Shown in pieces: positions 1-8,723 of a stretch of 64,000 nucleotides of DNA. The stretch comes from Methanobacteriota archaeon (GTDB lineage: Archaea; Halobacteriota; Methanomicrobia; Methanomicrobiales; Methanomicrobiaceae), in assembly GCA_016841485.1 (NCBI GenBank), contig JAENZA010000002.1, positions 30,927 to 94,926 of the forward strand, read 5' to 3'. Each line of letters starts with the position of its first letter. The first letter of the stretch is position 1. The notes beneath the pieces were generated by a model, which was given only the letters and a program-made list of their open reading frames with translations, searched no databases and had not been told where the DNA came from. A program made the translations under genes and the position numbers.

Positions 1-88
1 TATATATAAAGAACATTATCCTATACACATATCAGACATGACGCAGGAAAGTCAGTTCTGTCCTCTATGAGCGAACTGTTCCACCGAT

Positions 89-1354
89 ATGATGCATTAT
101 ATGGGGAAAATTATGAGCGGGAATACGGGGGGTGAAGATGATCCCCGGAACGAGGAGGAACTCAAGCAGTATCTCCTTGACAGGATAGCCAGGCTTGAAA
201 GCCGGAATATGGAGCTGAAAGAGCATGCACGCCAGCTCGATATCGAAAAGAAAAATATTGAATCCCAGAAAATCCGGTATGAGCGGGAAATCAGGAAACT
301 AAAAAGCGAAATTGAGAAACTGAGAAGTCCACCCCTTGTTATCGGGACGGTCAGCGATATTATCGACGAGGGAAGAGTCATCATCCAGAGTAGTGCGGGA
401 CCCCGGTTTATGGTGAGGGTTTCAAACTATGTGAAACCGGAGGATATCAAGCCCGGTCTGAGATGCACCCTGAATCAGCAGTCACTGACCATCGTTGAAG
501 TTCTTCCCGAGTCCTTCGATACCCAGATATATGGTATGGAAGTCGTCGATTCCCCCTACGAAACATATGACGACATCGGAGGTCTTGAAGAGCAGATCCG
601 CGAGATCAAGGAAGCAGTGGAACTCCCGCTCACCAAACCTGAGCTGTTTGAATCCGTGGGGATCTCCCCGCCGAAGGGGGTTCTTCTGTACGGGCCGCCG
701 GGAACCGGTAAGACCCTGCTCGCCCGTGCGGTTGCTCATGAGACGCAGGCGCATTTCCTCAGGGTCGTCGGTTCGGAACTCGTCCAGAAATATATCGGGG
801 AGGGAGCACGGCTCGTCAGGGAACTCTTTGAGCTCGCCAAGAAAAATTCCCCGTCAATCATATTCATCGATGAAATCGATGCCATCGGTGCGACACGAAC
901 GGAAGGGACGACATCCGGAGATCGCGAGGTCCAGCGTACTCTTATGCAGCTCCTTGCAGATATGGATGGTTTTGACAGCAGGGGAGATGTGAAGGTTATC
1001 GGCGCAACCAACAGGATTGACATCCTGGATCAGGCACTCCTTCGCCCGGGAAGATTTGACCGTATTATCGAAATTCCTCTCCCTAACAGTGTAGGAAGAC
1101 TTTCAATCCTGGAGATTCATTCTGAATTGATGAATCTTGATGAAAGCGTGGATCTCATGGAAGTTGCGGAACTTACGGAGGGGAAGAATGGATCCGAGCT
1201 CCGGGCCATCTGCACCGAGGCAGGTATGTTTGCGATTCGGGCAGAGAGGTCCAGCATCTTCCAGAGCGATTTTATCAAGGCAATAGATAAAGTGAGTTTT
1301 GATATCTCACATCATCCCAAATTCAGTAATTATGACAGCGCGATGTTCGCGTAA
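89..1354 (+). CDS. pan: Proteasome-activating nucleotidase (PAN, AAA+ ATPase), paralog 1
   Basis: 421-aa ORF. N-terminal coiled coil ([22 protein letters not shown]), Walker A GPPGTGKT, Walker [12 protein letters not shown] second region of homology. Alternative ATGs at 92/101/113 leave the exact start uncertain. TATA-like tatatataaa at 1-10. Confidence 0.9.
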   Translation: MMHYMGKIMSGNTGGEDDPRNEEELKQYLLDRIARLESRNMELKEHARQLDIEKKNIESQKIRYEREIRKLKSEIEKLRSPPLVIGTVSDIIDEGRVIIQSSAGPRFMVRVSNYVKPEDIKPGLRCTLNQQSLTIVEVLPESFDTQIYGMEVVDSPYETYDDIGGLEEQIREIKEAVELPLTKPELFESVGISPPKGVLLYGPPGTGKTLLARAVAHETQAHFLRVVGSELVQKYIGEGARLVRELFELAKKNSPSIIFIDEIDAIGATRTEGTTSGDREVQRTLMQLLADMDGFDSRGDVKVIGATNRIDILDQALLRPGRFDRIIEIPLPNSVGRLSILEIHSELMNLDESVDLMEVAELTEGKNGSELRAICTEAGMFAIRAERSSIFQSDFIKAIDKVSFDISHHPKFSNYDSAMFA

Positions 1355-1361
1355 TCAATAA

Positions 1362-1796
1362 TTACCACTCTTCTTCACTGCAACGGGCCCTGAAGACGGT
1401 GTCCTTGCCTTCTGAAAAATCCTCGACAATATTTATTGCGCTGTCCGGTGAGACGGAGAGCTTCCCACTGAGCGTTCCGTTGGTGATGCCAAACAGAATT
1501 TCATGGTCCCATTCATGATGGACCGATTCCTCACGGCCATAAATGATCTGTGCATAGCCGGTGGTACATATGGTATCATTCGAGAGGATGAGGAGAGGAA
1601 CCGTGACATACCGCTGCAGGTACCATTTCAGCTCGGAGACGAGAGACAGGGCACTGCCGAGGGTAGCAATATTGATGCAGACCCCCCAGTCAGTTTGTCT
1701 TGGATGATAAAAACGGAGAAGTATCCTGCTTGTCTCGGAGTCGCGCAGCGTCGAATAGAGGTCCGTTCCCTCCTTCTGTACAAGCAGAAGTCTCAT
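1362..1796 (-). CDS. Hypothetical protein (144 aa) directly downstream of PAN paralog 2
   Basis: Uninterrupted ORF beginning 4 nt after the stop of the same-strand PAN gene (1801). No motif I recognise. The opposite-strand ORF 1503..1814 is judged a shadow. Confidence 0.5.
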   Translation of the reverse strand: MRLLLVQKEGTDLYSTLRDSETSRILLRFYHPRQTDWGVCINIATLGSALSLVSELKWYLQRYVTVPLLILSNDTICTTGYAQIIYGREESVHHEWDHEILFGITNGTLSGKLSVSPDSAINIVEDFSEGKDTVFRARCSEEEW

Positions 1797-1800
1797 GATA

Positions 1801-2979
1801 TCACAGGAACATGATGTCCGTGGTAACTGTTTTGTTCTTCACTTTAGTGATTGCACCGGTGAAATCCCGCATGTCCACAGCCTCAGCTTCCCTGCGGACC
1901 GCATGCATCCCCGCCTCCCTGCAGATTGCCTGGAGTTCTGCTCCTGTGGTGTTATCCGTCATGCGTGTCAGTTCTTCGATGGAAACATCCGCCGCCAGGT
2001 GCATGCGTGAGGAATGAATCCTGATGATCTCGAACCGTGCCTTTTCGTCAGGGAGAGGGACCGCCATGACCCTGTCAAACCTTCCCGGCCGGAGGAGGGC
2101 TGGGTCGAGCATATCCACCCTGTTGGTCGCTGCCATGATGCGCACATCTCCGCGGTTGTCAAAGCCGTCCATCTCAGCCAGAAGCTGCATAAGAGTGCGC
2201 TGCACCTCAGCGCTTCCCGAGGTGCCGTCGTGCATCCTCGTACTTCCAATGGCGTCGATTTCATCGATGAAGACAATCGAAGGGGCCTGTTCCCGTGCCA
2301 TACTGAAGAGGTCCCGGACAAGCTGTGCCCCTTCTCCGATAAATTTGTGCACCAGTTCGCTTCCGGACATCCGGATGAAGGTCGCATGTGCTTCATGTGC
2401 CACCGCCTTGGCGATGAGGGTTTTTCCTGTGCCGGGCGGGCCATACAGGAGGATACCTTTCGGTGGTTCGACGCCGATTTTCCTGAAGATCTCCGGTCTT
2501 GTGAGTGGATACTCGACCGCCTCACGCACTTCTTCGATCGCATCCCTGAGGCCCCCGATCTGTTCAAAGGTAACATCCGGGGATTCTTCAAGTTCCATGA
2601 CCCTGACGCGGGTGTCATGTGAGTTATCAATGGTGCGGACGACCGACAGGGCATTATTGACGGCGACCTTTACCCCCGGTCTGAGTACATGGCGAAGGTC
2701 ATCCGAGACGGTGGTAACATATTCCTGATTATTGCCCTGCTGCCTGAGATAGACTTCGCCGTTTTCAAAAATATCAACGACAACGGCAACAAAGAGCGGA
2801 GTGCGTTTTAACTGGATATTCTCTTTTTTGAGCTGATCGCATTCTGCCTTGAGATTCATGATCTCCTTTTGCTGAAGCGCAGTGCGGATCTTCAAATCCT
2901 CCAGTTCTGACTGTTCCTCTGTTTCCTTGTAGGTGAGTTCAGCGTCATTCGCTGTGGTATTGATGATGGTCTCATCCAT
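1801..2979 (-). CDS. pan: Proteasome-activating nucleotidase (PAN), paralog 2
   Basis: Coiled coil (LKAECDQLKKENIQLK), Walker A GPPGTGKT, Walker B IVFIDEID. Start placed at the third ATG (2979, MDETIINTT...). The longer track ORF (to 3045) would overlap the divergent gene starting at 3017. Confidence 0.9.
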   Translation of the reverse strand: MDETIINTTANDAELTYKETEEQSELEDLKIRTALQQKEIMNLKAECDQLKKENIQLKRTPLFVAVVVDIFENGEVYLRQQGNNQEYVTTVSDDLRHVLRPGVKVAVNNALSVVRTIDNSHDTRVRVMELEESPDVTFEQIGGLRDAIEEVREAVEYPLTRPEIFRKIGVEPPKGILLYGPPGTGKTLIAKAVAHEAHATFIRMSGSELVHKFIGEGAQLVRDLFSMAREQAPSIVFIDEIDAIGSTRMHDGTSGSAEVQRTLMQLLAEMDGFDNRGDVRIMAATNRVDMLDPALLRPGRFDRVMAVPLPDEKARFEIIRIHSSRMHLAADVSIEELTRMTDNTTGAELQAICREAGMHAVRREAEAVDMRDFTGAITKVKNKTVTTDIMFL

Positions 2980-3016
2980 GCTGTATTTATCTTTGTTGTA
3001 CCTACATTTATTTGGT
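2980..3016. promoter_or_regulatory. Compact 37-bp divergent promoter region with two TATA-like boxes
   Basis: tatttatc (2984-2991) lies about 30 nt upstream of ATG 3017 (+). catttattt (3005-3013) lies about 30 nt upstream of ATG 2979 (-). This spacing fits leaderless or near-leaderless archaeal transcripts on both strands. Confidence 0.35.
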
Positions 3017-3427
3017 ATGTCCATTACAATCAGAGCCCGGAGCATCTCTGAAGGCGTCGGTACCGGAGAGATTCTTGTCAGCCATGAACCGATTTCATTT
3101 CTCTCGGGAGTTGACCCCGAGACGGGTAAGGTCGTTGAGGCCGGACACCCGCTCGAAGGCGTGCCTGTCGGAGGGAGAGTCCTGGTATTTCCTTATGGGA
3201 AGGGTTCAACGGTGGGTTCGTACGTGATGTACGCCTTGCAGCGCAATGGAAAGGCGCCGGTCGCGATCATCAATCTTGACGCGGAACCTATCATTGCTGT
3301 CGGCGCAATCATGGCGGGTATACCGATGGTGGACAGGCCCCAGGGAAGTATTATGGACCTTGATGATGGAACGGTCGTCACTGTTGACGGAAGTTCCGGT
3401 GAAATTACCTGTGAATCATCAGATTAA
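3017..3427 (+). CDS. DUF126 / aconitase-X swivel-domain protein (candidate AcnX-type small subunit)
   Basis: 136 aa from the internal ATG at 3017. Pattern GVGTGEILVSHEPISFLSGVDPETGKV...GKGSTVGSYVMYAL...GKAPVAIIN...AGIPMVD matches my memory of the DUF126 family. Confidence 0.7.
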   Translation: MSITIRARSISEGVGTGEILVSHEPISFLSGVDPETGKVVEAGHPLEGVPVGGRVLVFPYGKGSTVGSYVMYALQRNGKAPVAIINLDAEPIIAVGAIMAGIPMVDRPQGSIMDLDDGTVVTVDGSSGEITCESSD

Positions 3428-3464
3428 GCATATTTTTTCAGGACCAATATTTCGGAGTGACAAC

Positions 3465-4583
3465 GTGCATTATCACCTGTTGGTTAATGACCAGTGTAAC
3501 CTGCACTGCAGATACTGTAAAGGAAATATTTTCCGTCCGGAACTGTGTGACGCATGGAGAGAGCTGTCCACCTCGTGTAAAGCGGAGATACGCTATCCGC
3601 TCACTGAACTGGAACAATTTTTCCGGAAGGATCCGGACCCTGTTATTACCTTCTACGGCGGGGAACCGCTGATGTCTGTCGACGCCGTCTGTGAGATTAT
3701 GGACCGAATTCCCTGGGGGAAATTCATGCTCCATACCAACGGGATATTGCTGGACAGGATGGACCCCGAATATCTGCATGCAATGACCTCGGTCCTCGTT
3801 TCCATCGATGGCCGCGAGCAGGTACACGATAAACACCGCGGACGGGGGACCTACCGGGTACTGCTGGAGAACTGTCGGAACCTTGTTGAGAATGGATATG
3901 AAGGTGAGATCGTCGCACGGATGACGGTGACCGAAGATACGGATATCTTCCAGGATGTCATGCATCTTGCAAAGAATGATATCTTCTCTTTTCCGGCCGT
4001 ACACTGGCAGCTGAATGCGAATTTTTACGAGGACTATGAAAGGCGTTGGTTTGGGGAGTGGGTTGTAGATTCATACATTCCCGGGGTGCAGAACCTTGCG
4101 GACGAATGGCTGGGAACGATGCAACGTGCGGGAAGGGTGATGATGTGGTATCCGTTCGTTGATACGATGCAGGACCTCATCGAAGGAACCATGCCGGCCT
4201 CGCTGCGATGTGGTGCCGGATTTGCCAATTACAGCATACTTCCTGATGGATACATTGCTCCCTGTCCATGCATGGGAGGACTCGAAGAGTACTATGCCGG
4301 ACATATCAGGGATGCCGACCCGTTGAATCTGCCCACGATTCCGGTGGGAAGAGAGTGTGCAGGATGCGATGAGTATGTATTCTGCGGGGGGCGATGCCTC
4401 TACTCGAATATTTTGCAACCCTGGCCACCGGAGGGAAGACGATGGATCTATCAGACGGTCCGATCCCTGCATGAAACCATGCGAACGGTTCAGCATGAAG
4501 TGCAGGGGCTGCTTGCAGCGGGAGGTATTTCCATGTACCAGTTTGCCCATCAGAAGTATCATGGATGCGAGATAATCCCCTGA
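3465..4583 (+). CDS. Radical SAM enzyme with C-terminal SPASM-type Cys-rich domain
   Basis: CNLHCRYC (CxxxCxxC) about 11 aa after the proposed GTG start. C-terminal CGAG...CPC...CAGC...CGGRC cluster. GTG 3465 is preceded by the SD-like GGAGTGA (3454-3460). The ATG of the track ORF (3246) would overlap the upstream gene by 180 nt. Confidence 0.8.
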   Translation: MHYHLLVNDQCNLHCRYCKGNIFRPELCDAWRELSTSCKAEIRYPLTELEQFFRKDPDPVITFYGGEPLMSVDAVCEIMDRIPWGKFMLHTNGILLDRMDPEYLHAMTSVLVSIDGREQVHDKHRGRGTYRVLLENCRNLVENGYEGEIVARMTVTEDTDIFQDVMHLAKNDIFSFPAVHWQLNANFYEDYERRWFGEWVVDSYIPGVQNLADEWLGTMQRAGRVMMWYPFVDTMQDLIEGTMPASLRCGAGFANYSILPDGYIAPCPCMGGLEEYYAGHIRDADPLNLPTIPVGRECAGCDEYVFCGGRCLYSNILQPWPPEGRRWIYQTVRSLHETMRTVQHEVQGLLAAGGISMYQFAHQKYHGCEIIP

Positions 4584-4598
4584 TGGCAGAAGGGAATC

Positions 4599-5726
4599 AT
4601 GAGAAGCAGCATGAAAGTGAACTGGAGGTCGATAAAATGGGCAAGGAATTCGTATGCTGCATTGTATGCTGCTTGCGAGCAATCGGGCATCACGCTCCAT
4701 GAAACCGATCATCCGTCAGATGATATTACCTGTTACAGCCTGAATTCAGTTGATGAGCCCCATTACCGGGATGAGATTGCAGATGCGGACTGCATCACCA
4801 TCGTCGGGGGGCCTCATGCGTCGGCGTGTCCGGCTGAGGTGGCATCGTATGCGGATTATGTGGTGGTGGGTGAAGGAGAGTTTACCCTTCCTGCACTGAT
4901 CAGGAGAATCGAGCAGGGTGACGGTGAGCTTCCCTCCGGGGTCTGCTCAGGGGCGGTCTGCAGACCGGTTACCCATCAGGTCTTCCTTCCTGCATACCTG
5001 CCGTTTACCCGGGTAAAGGGTACCATTGAAATCTCCCGTGGGTGTCCCTACCGCTGCGCCTATTGCCAGACTCCCTGCCTCTTTGGAAACAGAATGCGGC
5101 ACAGGACCATCGATGGCATTGTAAGAGCCGCCGAGCACTATCGTGATGTCAGGTTTGTGACACCGAATGCTCTTGCCTATGGTTCTGACGGTGTCCATCC
5201 GCGTCTGGACAGGGTGGAGGCACTTCTTCGTGCATTACAGGGTCACAGGATTTTTTTCGGGACCTTTCCCAGCGAAGTGCGACCCGAATGGATTACTGAT
5301 GCTTCGCTTGAGCTGATCACCACATATGCGTCGAATACCAAGCTGCATTTTGGAGCCCAGTCCGGCACTGACAGGGTGCTTCGTCTTTTGAAAAGGGGAC
5401 ATACGGCAGAGGACGTCATCCATGCCGTCGAACGCTGTCACGATCATGGCATAACACCCATCGTGGATTATATCTTCGGGTTTCCGTTTGAAACCGACGA
5501 GGACCAGTATGCAACGATAGATCAGATCCGGGAGGTGACCCGGTACGGGAAGATACATGCCCATTATTTTACCCCTCTGCCCGGGACACCGCTTGCAGGA
5601 ACGACGCCGCGTGATGTCCTCCCGGATATTCAGCATATCCTGGGCAACCTTGCCCTTCACGGAAAAGCAACCGGATCCTGGATTGAGGCGGAGATAAGGT
5701 TTTTTAACCGGAATGAGAACCAATAA
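4599..5726 (+). CDS. B12-binding-domain / radical SAM domain protein
   Basis: N-terminal Rossmann-like region (ITIVGGPHAS...VVVGEGE) followed by SRGCPYRCAYCQ (CxxxCxxC). Confidence 0.8.
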   Translation: MRSSMKVNWRSIKWARNSYAALYAACEQSGITLHETDHPSDDITCYSLNSVDEPHYRDEIADADCITIVGGPHASACPAEVASYADYVVVGEGEFTLPALIRRIEQGDGELPSGVCSGAVCRPVTHQVFLPAYLPFTRVKGTIEISRGCPYRCAYCQTPCLFGNRMRHRTIDGIVRAAEHYRDVRFVTPNALAYGSDGVHPRLDRVEALLRALQGHRIFFGTFPSEVRPEWITDASLELITTYASNTKLHFGAQSGTDRVLRLLKRGHTAEDVIHAVERCHDHGITPIVDYIFGFPFETDEDQYATIDQIREVTRYGKIHAHYFTPLPGTPLAGTTPRDVLPDIQHILGNLALHGKATGSWIEAEIRFFNRNENQ

Positions 5727-5728
5727 CC

Positions 5729-6370
5729 ATGACTAAAATTCTTCTCCTTACCGATATTCACGGTCAGTTCGAGATAGTCCCCGCGTTTCTTGAACTCGGG
5801 CCGGACCTCGTGATAATTGCAGGGGATCTCACCGATTGCGGTGCACCCGAAGACGCCCGGAAGGTTCTCGATATGATTGATGTCCCCTGTTTTGCAATTC
5901 CCGGCAACTGCGACCGGAAAGAGATCATAAACATCATCGAAGAGTCGGATGCGGTCAATCTCCACGGAACATCGCTTGAAATAGGATCAATCACTCTGAC
6001 GGGTGTCGGAGGGTCCAACCCGACACCGTTTGGCACCCCGTTCGAGTTGTCCGAAGAAGAGATCGATAAGTTGCTGCAGGAGGCGATGGCGCGCGGCGGA
6101 CGGAACATTCACAACATTCTGGTGGTACATGCCCCGCCTCACGGGACGTTGGATGAGGTCGGTGGAGCAAATGTAGGATGCCGGAGTATACGAAAATACC
6201 TCAAGGATTTCGACCTGGTATGCTGCGGCCATATTCATGATCAAACCGGGGTTGTGGAGAAGGAAGGAACGGTGATTGTCAACCCCGGGCCTGCGTCCGA
6301 AGGAAAATGCGCCATCATCATCCTCGGAGAGGAAGCGAAGGATATTCAGGTTGACCTTATCCAGTTGTAG
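5729..6370 (+). CDS. Metallophosphoesterase (calcineurin-like, YfcE/MJ0936-like)
   Basis: Motifs LTDIHG, AGDLTD, GNCD, VVHAPP, GHIH in canonical order. Starts 2 nt after the upstream stop. Confidence 0.8.
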   Translation: MTKILLLTDIHGQFEIVPAFLELGPDLVIIAGDLTDCGAPEDARKVLDMIDVPCFAIPGNCDRKEIINIIEESDAVNLHGTSLEIGSITLTGVGGSNPTPFGTPFELSEEEIDKLLQEAMARGGRNIHNILVVHAPPHGTLDEVGGANVGCRSIRKYLKDFDLVCCGHIHDQTGVVEKEGTVIVNPGPASEGKCAIIILGEEAKDIQVDLIQL

Positions 6371-6899
6371 CAAGAAGGAGTTCAAGATAGGATTCCCGTA
6401 TATGATCTCCCTCAATACCCAGATCTTTTTTGACCCTGTCTATCCTTTCTAAGGCACTGCTGCACCCGTCTCTTTGTGCTATCACTTCTATCTCGACAAA
6501 GGTCCCCAGTCCGGTCACCCTATCAAGAGAGATCGTTGTGCCCCCGTAGGTCCACTCTTCACGAATTTTATTCACCTGTGCTGTGGGAGTGAACCCGAGG
6601 GCGGAAAAGAGCCTGATGAACGGATCCGGATCGACGATGGGTATGTTTATTTCCTCACGTGCCTTTGCTCCCATCCCTTTCATTTTTTGTCCCTTGTAGG
6701 TGATTTCGGCCCCGCTTGAGGTGGAGCGTATCCGCAGTGCTTCATCGGTCTGTGCATAGTCACGATGAGGTGCATTCAGGTAGGTATCCTCCTGGTGCGA
6801 TGAGCCGATGAAGATGCCTCCCTTCTCCCTCAGCTTCTGTGAAATGCCTTCAGGCCGGTCTATGGGGATTTTTATTTCCACCTCAATCAGGGAACTCAT
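6357..6899 (-). CDS. CYTH-domain protein (triphosphate tunnel metalloenzyme / class IV adenylate cyclase-like)
   Basis: N-terminal hallmark EVEIK (ExExK) straight after the proposed start MSSLIEVEIK. Size about 180 aa. Start moved to the ATG at 6899. Confidence 0.75.
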   Translation of the reverse strand: MSSLIEVEIKIPIDRPEGISQKLREKGGIFIGSSHQEDTYLNAPHRDYAQTDEALRIRSTSSGAEITYKGQKMKGMGAKAREEINIPIVDPDPFIRLFSALGFTPTAQVNKIREEWTYGGTTISLDRVTGLGTFVEIEVIAQRDGCSSALERIDRVKKDLGIEGDHIRESYLELLLATTG

Positions 6900-6942
6900 T
6901 ATTTTAAGTAGTGCTGTCCTATTAATATAGACAGGTAATATC

Positions 6943-7689
6943 ATGGCTGTTAATGAAGGAGATTTTATTCAGCTCCGGTTCACCGGATCCTATGACGATG
7001 TGGTCTTTGACACCACTGAAGAGGAGAAGGCCAAGGAAGAAGGCCTCTATAATGAGAAGAAGACTTATGGACCCATCATCGTCCGTGTTGGTGGAAATCA
7101 TATCATCCCCGGTCTTGACGAGGCGCTCCAGGGCAAAGAGGTCGGCGAGTCCGGTACTGTCGAAGTACCTCCGGAAAAGGGCTATGGCGTCCACGACGAG
7201 TCCCTTCTGAAGTCCGCACCTCTGAAAAATTTTGCACAGAAACCGACGGTTGGAACCCGGATCTCTTCAGACGGTCAGGAAGGCACTGTGGTCAATGTCA
7301 TCGGAAAGAGGGCACTCATCGATTTTAACCACCCGCTTGCAGGCAGGTCACTTACCTATGAGTACACCATCGATGCAATCGTCGAGGATACCATTGAAAA
7401 AGTGAAGGGCCTCATCGAGCTATACACCGGCAGGGATATGGACCTTGAACTGAATGAAGGCATTCTCACCGTCATCCTGCCCCCGGGAATCAACTATGAC
7501 CAGCGCTGGATGATGGCACGTGGCATGCTGATTCACCAGACCTTTGAATTCATTCCCGAGATTAAGGAAATCATTCTCAAGGAGTCGTACACCCGTCCGG
7601 CACCCATGGAAGAACCGGTTACTGAAGCAGAGGAACCTGAGGCACCCGCCGAAGAGGATATCCCCGCTGCTGAAGAAAAGACCGAATAA
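6943..7689 (+). CDS. FKBP-type peptidyl-prolyl cis-trans isomerase, long archaeal type with acidic tail
   Basis: GDFIQLRFTG...FDTT...GGNHIIPGLDEALQGKEVGE...VPPEKGYG, an insert-in-flap-like region, and a C-terminal Glu/Pro/Ala-rich tail. Confidence 0.8.
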   Translation: MAVNEGDFIQLRFTGSYDDVVFDTTEEEKAKEEGLYNEKKTYGPIIVRVGGNHIIPGLDEALQGKEVGESGTVEVPPEKGYGVHDESLLKSAPLKNFAQKPTVGTRISSDGQEGTVVNVIGKRALIDFNHPLAGRSLTYEYTIDAIVEDTIEKVKGLIELYTGRDMDLELNEGILTVILPPGINYDQRWMMARGMLIHQTFEFIPEIKEIILKESYTRPAPMEEPVTEAEEPEAPAEEDIPAAEEKTE

Positions 7690-7697
7690 TACTTTTT

Positions 7698-8723
7698 TTA
7701 TTCAATTGCATAGCGAAGCAGGGCGGCAATTCCACCAAGGGCTTCCAGCTGTTTCCCCGGTTCGAACTCCGAAGAAAATACCGTGATACGGGCACGAACC
7801 GATTCGGCTTCTTCAAGTATGTCCGTCACCTTCTCGTCACGTATCAGGTGGTCAATTACCATCAGGTCTTCGACCGCCCCGAATCCTACTGCCTTGGCCA
7901 CTTCATCAATCCCGTAGGCGAGAGGGCCGGCACTTCCCATCCGGGCCAGCAGTTGTTCAAGAAGACTCACCTCACGGGCCAGTTGAATGTCCTCCGTGAT
8001 ACGATCCAGCATGCCCTGGCCGATCACGTCCTGGACAGCCCCTTTTCCCACCCTGCGTGTCTCGACGGACATACACCGGTCGGCCATATCTTCGTTGCGA
8101 AGACGGACAAACCTGAGAAAATCCTCCTTGACAAATCCTGGTCCGGCAATAACCAGAGGGCCGGTCGTTTCCTGCAGTGCCGTCATGATATCTCCGAAGA
8201 AGACACTTCTGGCATCCATTCCTTCCCGTTTCCCGCTTCCGCCGGTGATTGTAGTGAAGATTTCGGGTCCGTACTGGCGCATCCGGTAGATCTCTGCCGA
8301 ACCCTCCTCAAGGGACACCACATGCACAACGCCGGCCGTGGATGCCCTGACCGCCCTGTCAATACGTTCGAGATCGATCCCGTGCCACCGTTTGATAACG
8401 GAGATTTCCTGTCCGGTCTCCAGGTTCACCGTGTGGTGAAATCCTTCATCGACGCCGTGAACGATTACGCCGGATACCCTCAACCGGTTGGCATTGTGGT
8501 GAAACTCCACTTTGGTTACCCGGATTCCCAGCCGGACCGGTTTTTTTTCCGTTTTTTCCGGGCGGACCTTATCGGTCTGTGATTCCAGGCTTCGAAACGT
8601 CTGGGCATAGATCAGGTCCCCTTCATGAAGAAGGTGCTTCAGGTGCCAGAGGTCATCGAGTGATTCCGGAAACAACCGAATTTCTCCAGTTTGTTTCCTG
8701 AATTCTCCAAATTCGGCTTTCAT
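7698..8723 (-). CDS. pelA: Pelota / Dom34 (mRNA surveillance, ribosome rescue)
   Basis: 341 aa. N-terminus ...GEIRLFPESLDDLWHLKHLL is typical of archaeal Pelota, with an eRF1-like C-terminal region. The ATG overlaps the upstream stop (ATGA at 8720-8723). Confidence 0.9.
   Translation of the reverse strand: MKAEFGEFRKQTGEIRLFPESLDDLWHLKHLLHEGDLIYAQTFRSLESQTDKVRPEKTEKKPVRLGIRVTKVEFHHNANRLRVSGVIVHGVDEGFHHTVNLETGQEISVIKRWHGIDLERIDRAVRASTAGVVHVVSLEEGSAEIYRMRQYGPEIFTTITGGSGKREGMDARSVFFGDIMTALQETTGPLVIAGPGFVKEDFLRFVRLRNEDMADRCMSVETRRVGKGAVQDVIGQGMLDRITEDIQLAREVSLLEQLLARMGSAGPLAYGIDEVAKAVGFGAVEDLMVIDHLIRDEKVTDILEEAESVRARITVFSSEFEPGKQLEALGGIAALLRYAIE

Noticed and set aside
3246-3464. ATG-initiated N-terminal extension of the rSAM/SPASM ORF
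   Set aside because: It would overlap the DUF126 gene by up to 180 nt in another frame, and the extension (MERRRSRSSILTRNL...) looks non-coding. GTG 3465 with an SD-like element fits the family's N-terminus.
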